Shown here: positions 16,480-31,950 of the stretch, piece after piece
Position numbering within the stretch: the stretch's first letter is position 1
Layout of the letters: each line of letters opens with the position of its first letter
Assembly (NCBI GenBank): GCA_964016885.1
Contig: OZ024744.1
Span: forward strand, 28,086,001-28,150,000
Length of the DNA: 64,000 nt
DNA from: Eledone cirrhosa
Lineage: Eukaryota
Direction of reading: 5' to 3'
Notes under the pieces: generated by a model
Database searches by the model: none
The model's input: the letters and a program-made list of their open reading frames with translations, nothing else
What the model was told of the DNA's origin: nothing
Position numbers and translations under genes: made by a program

Positions 16480-19400
16480 AACAACAACAACAACAGTGAG
16501 AATAACAGTTATAACAGCGACAACAGCAACAGTGACAATAACAGTTATAACAGCGACAACAACAACAGTGACAATAAGAGTTATAACAGCGACAACAACA
16601 ACAGTGACAAGAACAGTGATAACAGCGACAACAAAAACAACAGTGGGAATAACATTTATAACAGTGACAACAACAACAGTGTCAATAACAGTGATGACAG
16701 CGACAACAACAACAAAAGTGACAGTAACAGTGATAACAGCGACAATAACAACAACAATGACAATAACAGTGATAACAGCGAGAACAACAACAACAGTGAC
16801 ATTAACAGTTATAACAGCGACAACAACAACAACAGTGACCATAACAGTGATAACAGCGAGAACAACAACATCAACAATGACAATAACAGTGATAACAGCG
16901 ACAACAACAACAACAACAACAACAACAATTACAGTTGTAACAGCGACAACAACAACAACAGTGACAATAACAGTTATAACAGCGACAACAACAGTGACAA
17001 TAACAGTGATAACAGCGACAACAACAACAACAGTGACAATAACAGTGATAACAGCGATAACAACAACAACAACAACAACAGTGACTATAACAGTTATAAC
17101 AGCGACAACAACATCAACAGCGACAACAACAACAAAAACAATGACAATAACAGTGATAACAGCGACAACAACAACAATAACAGTGACAATAACAGCGATG
17201 ACAGCGACAACCGCAACAACAACATTGACAATAACACTAATAACAGCGACAACAGCAGTGAAAATAACAGTGATAACAGCCAGAACAACAACAACAACGA
17301 TCACGATGACAGTGATAACAGCGACAACAACAACAACAACAGTGACAATAACAGTGATAACAGCGACAAAAACAACAACAACAGTGACAATAAGCATGAT
17401 AACAACGACAACAACAACAACAACAGCGACAATAACAGTGATGACAACGACGACAACAACAACAAAACAACAACAGTGACAATAACAGCGACAACAACAA
17501 CACCACTGACAACAACAGTGATAACAGCGACAACAACAACAACAGTGTCAATAACAGTGATAACAGCTACAACAACAACAACAACAACAACAACAGTGAC
17601 AATAACAATTATAACAGCAACAACAACAACAGTGACAATAACAGTTATAACAGCGACAACAACAACAACAGTGACAATAATAACAGTGACAATAACAGTG
17701 ATAACAGCGAGAACAACAACAACCACAGTGACAATAACAGTTATAACAGTGACAACATCAACAATGACAATAACAGTGATAACAGCGACAACAACAACAA
17801 CAATGACAATAACAGTTATAACACCGACAACAACACCAATAACAACAACAGTTATAACAGCGACAACAACAACAACAGTGACAATAACAGTGATAACAGA
17901 GACAACAACAACAACAATGCCAATAACAGTTATAGCTGCGACAACAACAGAACAATAAAAGTGATAACAGCGACAACAACAACAACAAAACAACAACAGT
18001 GACAATAACAGTGACAACAACAACAACAGTGACAACAACAGTTATAACAGCGACAACAACAAAAACAACAATGACAATAACAGTTATAACAGCGACAACA
18101 ACAACAAGGACAATAACAGTGATAACAGCGAGAACAACAACAACAGTGACATTAACAGTTATAACAGCGACAACAACAACAACAACAATGACCATAACAG
18201 TGGTAACAGCGAGAACAACAACAACAACAATGACAATAACAGTGATAACAGCGACAACAACAACAACAACAATGACAGTTGTAACAGCGACAACAACAAC
18301 AACAGTGACAATAACAGTTATAACAGCGACAACAACAGTGACAATAACAGTTATAACAGCGACAACAACAACAGTGACAACAACAGTTATAACAGCGACA
18401 ACAACAAAAACAATAATGACAATAACAGTTATAACAGCGACAACAACAACAAGGACAATAATAGTTATAACAGCGAGAACAACAACAACAGTAACTAATA
18501 ACAGTTATATCACCGACAACAACAACAACAACAGTGACAATAACAGTTATAACAGCGACAACAACAGTGACAATAACAGTTATAACAGCGACAACAGCAG
18601 TGACAATAACAGTGATAACAGACAGAACAACAACAACAACGATCACGATGACAGTGATAACAGCGAGAACAACAACAACAACAGTGACAATAAGAGTAAT
18701 TAACAGCGACAACAACAACAGTGACAAGAACAGTGATAACAGCGACAAAACAACAGTGGGAATAACATTTATAACAGTGACAACAACAACAGTGACAATA
18801 ACAGTGATGACAGCGACAACAACAACAAAAGTGACAGTAACAGTGATAACAGCGACAATAACAACAACAATGACAATAACAGTGATAACAGCGAGAACAA
18901 CAACAACAGTGACATTAACAGTTATAACAGCGACAACAACAACAACAGTGACCATAACAGTGATAACAGCGAGAACAACAACATCAACAATGACAATAAC
19001 AGTGATAACAGCGACAACAACAACACCAACAACAACAACAACAATTACAGTTGTAACAGCGACAACAACAACAACAGTGACAATAACAGTGATAACAGCG
19101 ACAACAACAACAACAACAGTGACAATAACAGTGATAACAGCGATGACAACAACAACAACAACAACAACAGTGACTATAACAGTTATAACAGCGACAACAA
19201 CACCAACAGCGACAACAACAACAAAAACAATGACAATAACAGTGATAACAGCGACAACAACAACAACAACAGTGACAATAACAGTGATAACAGCGATGAC
19301 AACAACAACAACAACAACAACAGTGACCATAACAGTTATAACAGCGACAACAACATCAACAGCGACAACAACAGTGATAACAGCGACAACAACAACAATA

Positions 19401-22400
19401 ACAGTGACAATAACAGCGATAACAGCGACAACCGCAACAACAACATTGACAATAACACTAATAACAGCGACAACAGCAGTGAAAATAACAGTGATAACAG
19501 CCAGAACAACAACAACGATCACGACGACAGTGATAACAGCGACAACAACAACAACAGTGACAATAACAGTGATAACAGCGACAACAACAACAACAAAGTG
19601 ACAATAACAGTGATAACAGCGAGAGCAACAACAACAACAACAACAACAGTGACAATAACAGTTATAACAGCGACAATAACAAAAACAATGACAATAACAG
19701 TGATAACAGCGACAACAATAACAGTGATAACAGCGACAACAACAACAATAACAGTGACAATAATAGTGATAACAGCGACAATAACAACAACAATGACAAT
19801 ACCAGTGATAACAGCGACACGAACAACAACAACAATGACAATAACAGTGATAACAGCGACAACAGCAGTGACAATAACAGTGATAAAAGCGACAACAACA
19901 ACAGTGACAATAACAGTGATAACATCGACAACAACAACAAGATTGACAATAACAGTGATAACAGCGACAACAACAACAGTGACAATAACAGTGATGACAG
20001 CGACAACAGCAGTGAAAATAACAGTGATAACAGCCAGAACAACAACAACGATCACGATGACAGTGATAACAGCGACAACAACAACAGTGACAATAACAGT
20101 GATAACAGCGACATCAACAACAACAGTGACAATTACAGTGATAACAACGAGAACAACAACAACAACAGTGACAATAACAGTGATAACAGCGAGAACAACA
20201 ACAACAGTGACAATAACAGTTATAACAGCGACAATAACAACAACAATGACAATAACAGTTATAACAGCGACAACAACAACAACAACATCAATGACAATAA
20301 CAGTGATAAAGGCGACAACAACAACAACAGTGACAATAACAGTGATAACAGCGACAACAACAACAACATTGACAATAACAGTGATAACAGCGACAACAAC
20401 AACAACATTGACAATAATAGTGATAACAGCGACAATAACAACAACAATGACAATACCAGTGATAACAGCGACACGAACAACAACAACAATTAAAATAACA
20501 GTGATAACAGCGAGAACAACAACAACAGTGACATTAACAGTTATAACAGCGACAACAACAACAACAACAGTGACCATAACAGTGTTAACAGCGAGAACAA
20601 CAACAACAACAATGACAATAACAGTGATAACAGCGACAACAACAATAACAACAATGACAGTTGTAACAGCGACAACAACAACAACAACAGTGACAATAAC
20701 AGTTAAAACAGCGACAACAACAGTGACAATAACAGTTATAACAGCGACAACAACAACAGTGACAATAACAGTGATAACAGCGACAACAACAACAACAACA
20801 ATGACAATAACACCGATAACAGCGACAACAACAACAACAACAACAACAACAGTCACAATAACAGTGATAACAGCGATAACAACAAAAACAACAACAGTGA
20901 CCATAACAGTTATAACAGCGACAACAACAACAACAGCGACAACAACAACAACAACAAAAACAATTACAATAACAGTGATAACAGTGACAACGACAACAAC
21001 AGTGACAATAACAGCGATAACAGCGACAACAACAATAACAATGACAATAACAGTGATAACAGCGACAACCGCAACAACAACAGTGACAATAACAGTGATA
21101 ACAGCGACAACAGCAGTGACAATAACAGTGATAACAGCCAGAACAACAACAACGATCACGATGACAGTGATAACAGCGACAACAACAACAACAGTGACAA
21201 TAACAGTGATAACAGCGACAACAACAACAACAATGACAATAACAGTGATAACAGCGACAACTGCAACAACAACAGTGACATTACAGTTATAACAGCGACA
21301 ACAGCAGTGACAATAACAGTGATAACAGCGACAACAACAACAACAGTGACGATAACAGTGAAAACAGCGACAACAACAACAACAATGACAATAACAGTGA
21401 TAACAGGGACAACAATGACAGTAACAGTTATAACAGCGACAACAACAACAGTGACAATAACAGTTATAACAGCGACAACAACAACAACAGTGACAATAAT
21501 AACAGTGACAATAACAGTGATAACAGCGAGAACAACAACAACCACAGTGACAATAACAGTTATAACAGTGACAACATCAACAATGACAATAACAGTGATA
21601 ACAGCGACAACAACAACAACAATGACAATAACAGTTATAACACCGACAACAACACCAATAACAACAACAGTTATAACAGCGACAACAACAACAACAGTGA
21701 CAATAACAGTGATAACAGAGACAACAACAACAACAATGCCAATAACAGTTATAGCTGCGACAACAACAACAGAACAATAAAAGTGATAACAGCGACAACA
21801 ACAAAACAACAACAGTGACAATAACAGTGACAACAACAACAACAGTGACAACAACAGTTATAACAGCGACAACAACAAAAACAACAATGACAATAACAGT
21901 TATAACAGCGACAACAACAACAAGGACAATAACAGTGATAACAGCGAGAACAACAACAACAGTGACATTAACAGTTATAACAGCGACAACAACAACAACA
22001 ACAGTGACCATAACAGTGATAACAGCGAGAACAACAACAACAACAATGACAATAACAGTGATAACAGCGACAACAACAACAACAACAATGACAGTTGTAA
22101 CAGCGACAACAACAACAACAGTGACAATAACAGTTATAACAGCGACAACAACAGTGACAATAACAGTTATAACAGCGACAACAACAACAGTGACAACAAC
22201 AGTTATAACAGCGACAACAACAAAAACAATAATGACAATAACAGTTATAACAGCGACAACAACAACAAGGACAATAATAGTTATAACAGCGAGAACAACA
22301 ACAACAGTAACTAATAACAGTTATATCACCGACAACAACAACAACAACAGTGACAATAACAGTTATAACAGCGACAACAACAGTGACAATAACAGTTATA

Positions 22401-25400
22401 ACAGCGACAACAGCAGTGACAATAACAGTGATAACAGACAGAACAACAACAACAACGATCACGATGACAGTGATAACAGCGAGAACAACAACAACAACAG
22501 TGAGAATAAGAGTTATAACAGCGACAACAGCAACAGTGACAATAACAGTTATAACAGCGACAACAACAACAGTGACAATAAGAGTTATAACAGCGACAAC
22601 AACAACAGTGACAAGAACAGTGATAACAGCGACAAAACAACAGTGGGAATAACATTTATAACAGTGACAACAACAACAGTGACAATAACAGTGATGACAG
22701 CGACAACAACAACAAAAGTGACAGTAACAGTGATAACAGCGACAATAACAACAACAATGACAATAACAGTGATAACAGCGAGAACAACAACAACAGTGAC
22801 ATTAACAGTTATAACAGCGACAACAACAACAACAGTGACCATAACAGTGATAACAGCGAGAACAACAACATCAACAATGACAATAACAGTGATAACAGCG
22901 ACAACAACAACACCAACAACAACAACAACAACAATTACAGTTGTAACAGCGACAACAACAACAACAGTGACAATAACAGTGATAACAGCGACAACAACAA
23001 CAACAACAGTGACAATAACAGTGATAACAGCGATGACAACAACAACAACAACAACAACAGTGACTATAACAGTTATAACAGCGACAACAACACCAACAGC
23101 GACAACAACACCAACAGCGACAACAACAACAAAAACAATGACAATAACAGTGATAACAGCGACAACAACAACAATAACAGTGACAATAACAGCGATAACA
23201 GCGACAACCGCAACAACAACATTGACAATAACACTAATAACAGCGACAACAGCAGTGAAAATAACAGTGATAACAGCCAGAACAACAACAACGATCACGA
23301 CGACAGTGATAACAGCGACAACAACAACAGTGACAATAACAGTGATAACAGCGACAACAACAACAACAACAGTGACAATAATAGTGATAACAGCGACAAT
23401 AACAACAACAATGACAATACCAGTGATAACAGCGACACGAACAACAACAACAATGACAATAACAGTTATAACAGCGACAACAGCAGTGACAATAACAGTG
23501 ATAACAGCGACAAAAACAACAACAACAGTGACAATAAGCATGATAACAACGACAACAACAACAACAGCGACAATAACAGTGATGACAACGACGACAACAA
23601 CAACAAAACAACAACAGTGACAATAACAGCGACAACAACAACACCACTGACAACAACAGTGATAACAGCGACAACAACAACAACAGTGTCAATAACAGTG
23701 ATAACAGCTACAACAACAACAACAGTGACAATAACAATTATAACAGCAACAACAACAACAGTGACAATAACAGTTATAACAGCGACAACAACAACAACAA
23801 TGACAATAATAACAGTGACAATAACAGTGATAACAGCGAGAACAACAACAACCACAGTGACAATAATAGTTATAACAGTGACAACATCAACATTGAGAAT
23901 AACAGTGATAACAGCGACAACAACAACGACAATGACAATAACAGTTATAACAGCGACAACAACACCAATAACAACAACAGTTATAACAGCGACAACAACA
24001 ACAACAGTGACAATAACAGTGATAACAGAGACAACAACAACAACAATGCCAATAACAGTTATAGCTGCGACAACAACAACAGAACAATAAAAGTGATAAC
24101 AGCGACAACAACAACAACAAAACAACAACAGTGACAATAACAGTGACAACAACAGTTATAACAGCGACAACAACAAAAACAACAATGACAATAACAGTTA
24201 TAACAGCGACAACAACAACAAGGACAATAATAGTTATAACAGCGAGAACAACAACAACAGTAACTAATAACAGTTATATCACCGACAGCAACAACAACAA
24301 CAATGACAATAACAGTTATAACAGCGACAACAGCAGTGACAATAACAGTTAAACAGCGACAACAGCAGTGACAATAACAGTGATAACAGCCAGAACAACA
24401 ACAACAACGATCACGATGACAGTGATAAGAGCGACAACAACAACAACAACAGTGAGAATAACAGTTATAACAGCGACAACAACAACAGTCAAAAGAACAG
24501 TTATGACAGCGACAAGAACAACAACAGTGACAATAACATTTATAACAGTGACAACAACAACAGTGACAATAACAGTGATAACAGCGACAACAACAACAAC
24601 AACAAAGTGACAATTACAGTGATAACAGCGAGAACAACAACAACAGTGACAATAACAGTGATAACAGCGAGAGCAACAACAACAACAACAACAACAGTGA
24701 CAATAACAGTTATAACAGCGACAATAACAAAAACAATGACAATAACAGTGATAACAGCGACAACAACAACAACAACATCAATTACAATAACAGTGATAAA
24801 AGCGACAACAACAACAACAGTGACAATAACAGTGATAACAGCGACAACAACAACAACAACAACAGTGACAATAATAGTGATAACAGCGACAATAACAACA
24901 ACAATGACAATACCAGTGATAACAGCGACACGAACAACAACAACAATGACAATAACAGTGATAACAGCGACAACAACAGTGACAATAACAGTGATAACAG
25001 CGACAACAACAACAGTGACAATAACAGTTATAACAGGGACAACAACAACAACAGTGACAATAACATTTATAACAGTGACAACAACAACAGTGACAATAAC
25101 AGTGATAACAGCGACAACAACAGTGACAATAACAGTGATAACAGCGACAATAACAACAACAATGGCAATAACAGTGATAACCGCGAGAACAACAACAACA
25201 ACAGTGACATTAACAGTTATAACAGCGACAACAACAACAGTGACCATAACAGTGATAACAGCGAGAACAACAACAACAACAATGACAATAACAGTGATAA
25301 CAGCGAAAACAACAACAACAACAACAACAATGACAGTTGTAACAGCGACAACAACAACAGTGACAATAACAGTTATAACAGCGACAACAACAGTGACAAT

Positions 25401-28400
25401 AACAGTGATAACAGCGACAACAACAACAACAATGACAATAACAGCGATAACAGCGACAACAACAACAACAGTGACAATAACAGTGATAACAGCGATAACA
25501 ACAACAACAACAGTAACTATAACAGTTATAACAGCGACAACAACAACAACAGCGACAACAACAACAAAAACAATGACAATAACAGTGATAACAGCGACGA
25601 CAACAACAACAACAGTGACAATAACAGCGATAACAGCGACAACAACAACAACAATGACAATAACAGTGATAACAGCGACAACCGCAACAACAACAGTGAC
25701 AATAACAGTGATGACAGCGACAACAGCAGTGAAAATAACAGTGATAACAGCCAGAACAACAACAACGATCACGATGACAGTGAAAACAGCGACAACAACA
25801 ACAGTGACAATAACAGTGATAACAGCGACATCAACAACAACAGTGACAATTACAGTGATAACAACGAGAACAACAACAACAACAGTGACAATAACAGTGA
25901 TAACAGCGAGAACAACAACAACAACAACAGTGACAATAACAGTTATAACAGCGACAATAACAACAACAATGACAATAACAGTGATAACAGCGACAACAAC
26001 AACAACAACATCAATGACAATAACAGTGATAAAGGCGACAACAACAACAACAGTGACAATAACAGTGATAACAGCGACAACAACAACAACATTGACAATA
26101 ACAGTGATAACAGCGACAACAACAACAACATTGACAATAATAGTGATAACAGCGACAATAACAACAACAATGACAATACCAGTGATAACAGCGACACGAA
26201 CAACAACAACAATTAAAATAACAGTGATAACAGCGAGAACAACAACAACAACAGTGACATTAACAGTTATAACAGCGACAACAACAATAACAACAATGAC
26301 AGTTGTAACAGCGACAACAACAACAACAACAGTGACAATAACAGTTAAAACAGCGACAACAACAGTGACAATAACAGTTATAACAGCGACAACAACAACA
26401 GTGACAATAACAGTGATAACAGCGACAACAACAACAACAACAATGACAATAACACCGATAACAGCGACAACAACAACAAAAACAACAACAACAGTCACAA
26501 TAACAGTGATAACAGCGATAACAACAAAAACAACAACAGTGACCATAACAGTTATAACAGCGACAACAACAACAACAGCGACAACAACAACAACAACAAA
26601 AACAATTACAATAACAGTGATAACAGTGACAACGACAACAACAGTGACAATAACAGCGATAACAGCGACAACAACAATAACAATGACAATAACAGTGATA
26701 ACAGCGACAACCGCAACAACAACAGTGACAATAACAGTGATAACAGCGACAACAGCAGTGACAATAACAGTGATAACAGCCAGAACAACAACAACGATCA
26801 CGATGACAGTGATAACAGCGACAACAACAACAACAGTGACAATAACAGTGATAACAGCGACAACAACAACAACAATGACAATAACAGTGATAACAGCGAC
26901 AACTGCAACAACAACAGTGACATTACAGTTATAACAGCGACAACAGCAGTGACAATAACAGTGATAACAGCGACAACAACAACAACAGTGACGATAACAG
27001 TGAAAACAGCGACAACAACAACAACAATGACAATAACAGTGATAACAGGGACAACAATGACAGTAACAGTTATAACAGCGACAACAATGACAATAACAGT
27101 GATAACAGCGACAACAACAACAACAGTGACGATAACAGTGAAAACAGCGACAACAACAACAACAATGACAATAACAGTGATAGCAGGGACAACAATGACA
27201 GTAACAGTTATAACAGCGAAAACAATGACAATAACAGTGATAACAGCGACAACAACAACAACAGTGACAATAACAGTTATAACAGGGACAACAACAACAG
27301 CAGTGACAATAACAGTTATAACAGCGACAACAACAACAGTGAAAATAACAGTGATAACAGCGACAACAAAAACAACAGTGACAATAACATTTATAACAGT
27401 GACAACAACAACAGTGACAATAACAGTGGTAACAGCGACAACAACAACAACAGTGACAATAACAACAACAATGGCAATAACAGTGATAACAGCGAGAACA
27501 ACAACAACAACAGTGACATTAACAGTTATAACAGCGACAACAACAACAACAACAATGACAATAACAGTGATAACAGCGACAACAACAACAATGACAGTTG
27601 TAACAGCGACAACAACAACAGTGACAATAACAGTTATAACAGCGACAACAACAGTGACAATAACAGTGATAACAGCGACAACAACAACAACAATGACAAT
27701 AACAGCGATAACAGCGACAACAAAAACAACAGTGACAATAACAGTGATAACAGCGATAACAACAACAACAACAACAACCGTGACCATAACAGTTATAACA
27801 GCGACAACAACAACAACAGCGACAACAACAACAAAAACAATGACTATAACAGTGATAACAGCGACAACAGCAACAACAACAGTGACAATAACAGCGATAA
27901 CAGCGACAACAACAACAACAATGACAATAACAGTGATAACAGCGACAACCGCAACAACGACAGTGACATTACAGTTATAACAGCGACAATGACAATAACA
28001 GTTATAACAGCGACAACAACAACATCAATGACAATAACAGTGATAACAGGGACAACAATGACCGTAACAGTTATAACAGCGACAACAATGACAATAACAG
28101 TGATAACAGCGACAACAACAACAACAACAGTGACAATAACAGTGATAACAGCGACAACAACAACAGTGACAATAACAGTTATAACAGGGACAACAACAAC
28201 AGTGACAATAACAGTTATAACAGCGACAACAACAACAGTGACAATAACAGCTATAACAGCGACAACAACAACAACAGTGACAATAACAGTGATAACAGCG
28301 ACAACAAGAACAACAGTGACAATAACAGTGATAACAGCGACAACAACAACAACAACAATGACAATAACAGCGATAACAGCGACAACAACAACAACAGTGA

Positions 28401-31400
28401 CAATAACAGTGGTAACAGCGATAACAACAACAACAACAGTGACCATAACAGTTATAACAGCGACAACAACAACAACAGCGACAACAACAGCAAAAACAAT
28501 GACCATAACAGTGATAACAGCGACAACAACAACAACAACAGTGACAATAACAGCGATAACAGCGACAACAACAACAACAATGACAATAACAGTGATAACA
28601 GCGACAACCGCAACAACAACAGTGACAATAACAGTGATAACAGCGACAACAGCAGTGAAAATAACAGTGATAACAGCCAGAACAACAACAACGATCACGA
28701 TGACAGTGATAACAGCGACAACAACAACAACAACAGTGACAATTACAGTGATAACAGCGAGAACAACAACAACAACAGTGACAATAACAGTGATAACAGC
28801 GAGAACAACAACAACAACAGTGACAATAACAGTTATAACAGCGACAATGACAATAACAGTTATAACAGCGACAACAACAACATCAATGACAATAACAGTG
28901 ATAAAAGCGACAACAACAACAACAGTGACAATAACAGTGATAACAGCGACAACAACAACAACATTGACAATAACAGTGATAACAGCGACAACAACAACAA
29001 CATTGACAATAATAGTGATAACAGCGACAATAACAACAACAATGACAATACCAGTGATAACAGCGACACGAACAACAACAACAATGACAATAACAGTGAT
29101 AACAGCGAGAACAACAACAGTGACATTGACAGTTATAACAGCGACAACAACAACAACAGTGACCATAACAGTGATAACAGCGAGAACAACAACAACAACA
29201 ATGACAATAACAGTGATAACAGCGACAACAACAACAATGACAGTTGTAACAGCGACAACAACAACAACAGTGACAATAACAGTTATAACAGCGACAACAA
29301 CAGTGACAATAACAGTTATAACAGCGACAACAACAACAGTGACAATAACAGTGATAACAGCGACAACAACAACAACAACAATGACAATAACACCGATAAC
29401 AGCGACAACAACAACAACAACAACAGTCACAATAACAGTGATAACAGCGATAACAACAACAGCAACAGTGACCAAAACAGTTATAACAGCGACAACAAAA
29501 ACAACAACAGCGACAACAACAACAAAAACAATTACAATAACAGTGATAACAGTGACAACAACAACAACAACAGTGACAATAACAGCGATAACAGCGACAA
29601 CAACAACAACAATTACAACAACAGTGATAACAGCGACAACCGCAACAACAACAGTGACAATAACAGTGATAACAGCGACAACAGCAGTGACAATAACAGT
29701 GATAACAGCCAGAACAACAACAACGATCACGATGACAGTGATAACAGCGACAACCGCAACAACAACAGTGACATTACAGTTATAACAGCGACAACAACAG
29801 TGACAATAACAGTGATAACAGCGACAACAACAACAACAACAGTGACGATAACAGTGAAAACAGCGACAACAACAACAACAATGACAATAACAGTGATAAC
29901 AGGGACAACAATGACAGTAACAGTTATAACAGCGACAACAATGACAATAACAGTGATAACAGCGACAACAACAACAGTGACAATAACAGTGATAACAGCG
30001 ACAACAACAACAGTGACAATAACAGTTATAACAGGGACAACAACAACAACAGTGACAATAACATTTATAACAGTGACAACAACAACAGTGACAATAACAG
30101 TGATAACAGCGACAACAACAGTGACAATAACAGTGATAACAGCGACAATAACAACAACAATGGCAATAACAGTGATAACCGCGAGAACAACAACAACAGT
30201 GACATTAACAGTTATAACAGCGACAACAACAACAGTGACCATAACAGTGATAACAGCGAGAACAACAACAACAACAATGACAATAACAGTGATAACAGCG
30301 AAAACAACAACAACAACAACAACAACAATGACAGTTGTAACAGCGACAACAACAACAGTGACAATAACAGTTATAACAGCGACAACAACAGTGACAATAA
30401 CAGTGATAACAGCGACAACAACAACAACAATGACAATAACAGCGATAACAGCGACAATAACAACAACAGTGACAATAACAGTGATAACAGCGATAACAAC
30501 AACAACAACAGTAACTATAACAGTTATAACAGCGACAACAACAACAACAGCGACAACAACAACAAAAACAATGACAATAACAGTGATAACAGCGAGAACA
30601 ACAACAACAACAGTGACAATAACAGCGATAACAGCGACAACAACAACAACAATGACAATAACAGTGATAACAGCGACAACCGCAACAACAACAGTGACAA
30701 TAACAGTGATGACAGCGACAACAGCAGTGAAAATAACAGTGATAACTGCCAGAACAACAACAACGATCACGATGACAGTGATAACAGCGACAACAACAAC
30801 AACAGTGACAATAACAGTGATAACAGCGACATCAACAACAACAGTGACAATTACAGTGATAACAACGAGAACAACAAAAACAACAGTGACAATAACAGTG
30901 ATAACAGCGAGAACAACAACAACAACAACAACAGTGACAATAACAGTTATAACAGCGACAATAACAACAACAATGACAATAACAGTGATAACAGCGACAA
31001 CAACAACAACAACATCAATGACAATAACAGTGATAAAGGCGACAACAACAACAACAGTGACAATAACAGTGATAACAGCGACAACAACAACAACATTGAC
31101 AATAACAGTGATAACAGCGACAACAACAACAACATTGACAATAATAGTGATAACAGCGACAATAACAACAACAATGACAATACCAGTGATAACAGCGACA
31201 CGAACAACAACAACAATTAAAATAACAGTGATAACAGCGAGAACAACAACAACAACAGTGACATTAACAGTTATAACAGCGACAACCACAACAACAACAG
31301 TGACCATAACAGTGTTAACAGCGAGAACAACAACAACAACAATGACAATAACAGTGATAACAGCGACAACAACAATAACAACAATGACAGTTGTAACAGC

Positions 31401-31950
31401 GACAACAACAACAACAGTGACAATAACAGTTATAACAGCGACAACAACAGTGACAATAACAGTTATAACAGCGACAACAACAACAGTGACAATAACAGTG
31501 ATAACAGCGACAACAACAACAACAATGATAATAACACCGATAACAGCGACAACAACAACAACAACAACAGTCACAATAACAGTGATAACAGCGATAACAA
31601 CAAAAACAACAACAGTGACCATAACAGTTATAACAGCGACAACAACAACAACAGCGACAACAACAACAACAACAAAAACAATTACAATAACAGTGATAAC
31701 AGTGACAACGACAACAACAGTGACAATAACAGCGATAACAGCGACAACAACAATAACAATGACAATAACAGTGATAACAGCGACAACCGCAACAACAACA
31801 GTGACAATAACAGTGATAACAGCGACAACAGCAGTGACAATAACAGTGATAACAGCCAGAACAACAACAACGATCACGATGACAGTGATAACAGCGACAA
31901 CAACAACAACAGTGACAATAACAGTGATAACAGCGACAACAACAACAACA
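16480..31950. repeat. 15.5-kb higher-order repeat, copy 2 (15,458 bp; 60-bp deletion near 19716)
   Basis: Directly follows copy 1 head-to-tail. The match ends at ~31950, where the sequence continues ATGACAATA instead of ACAGTGAGAATA. Confidence 0.93.
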
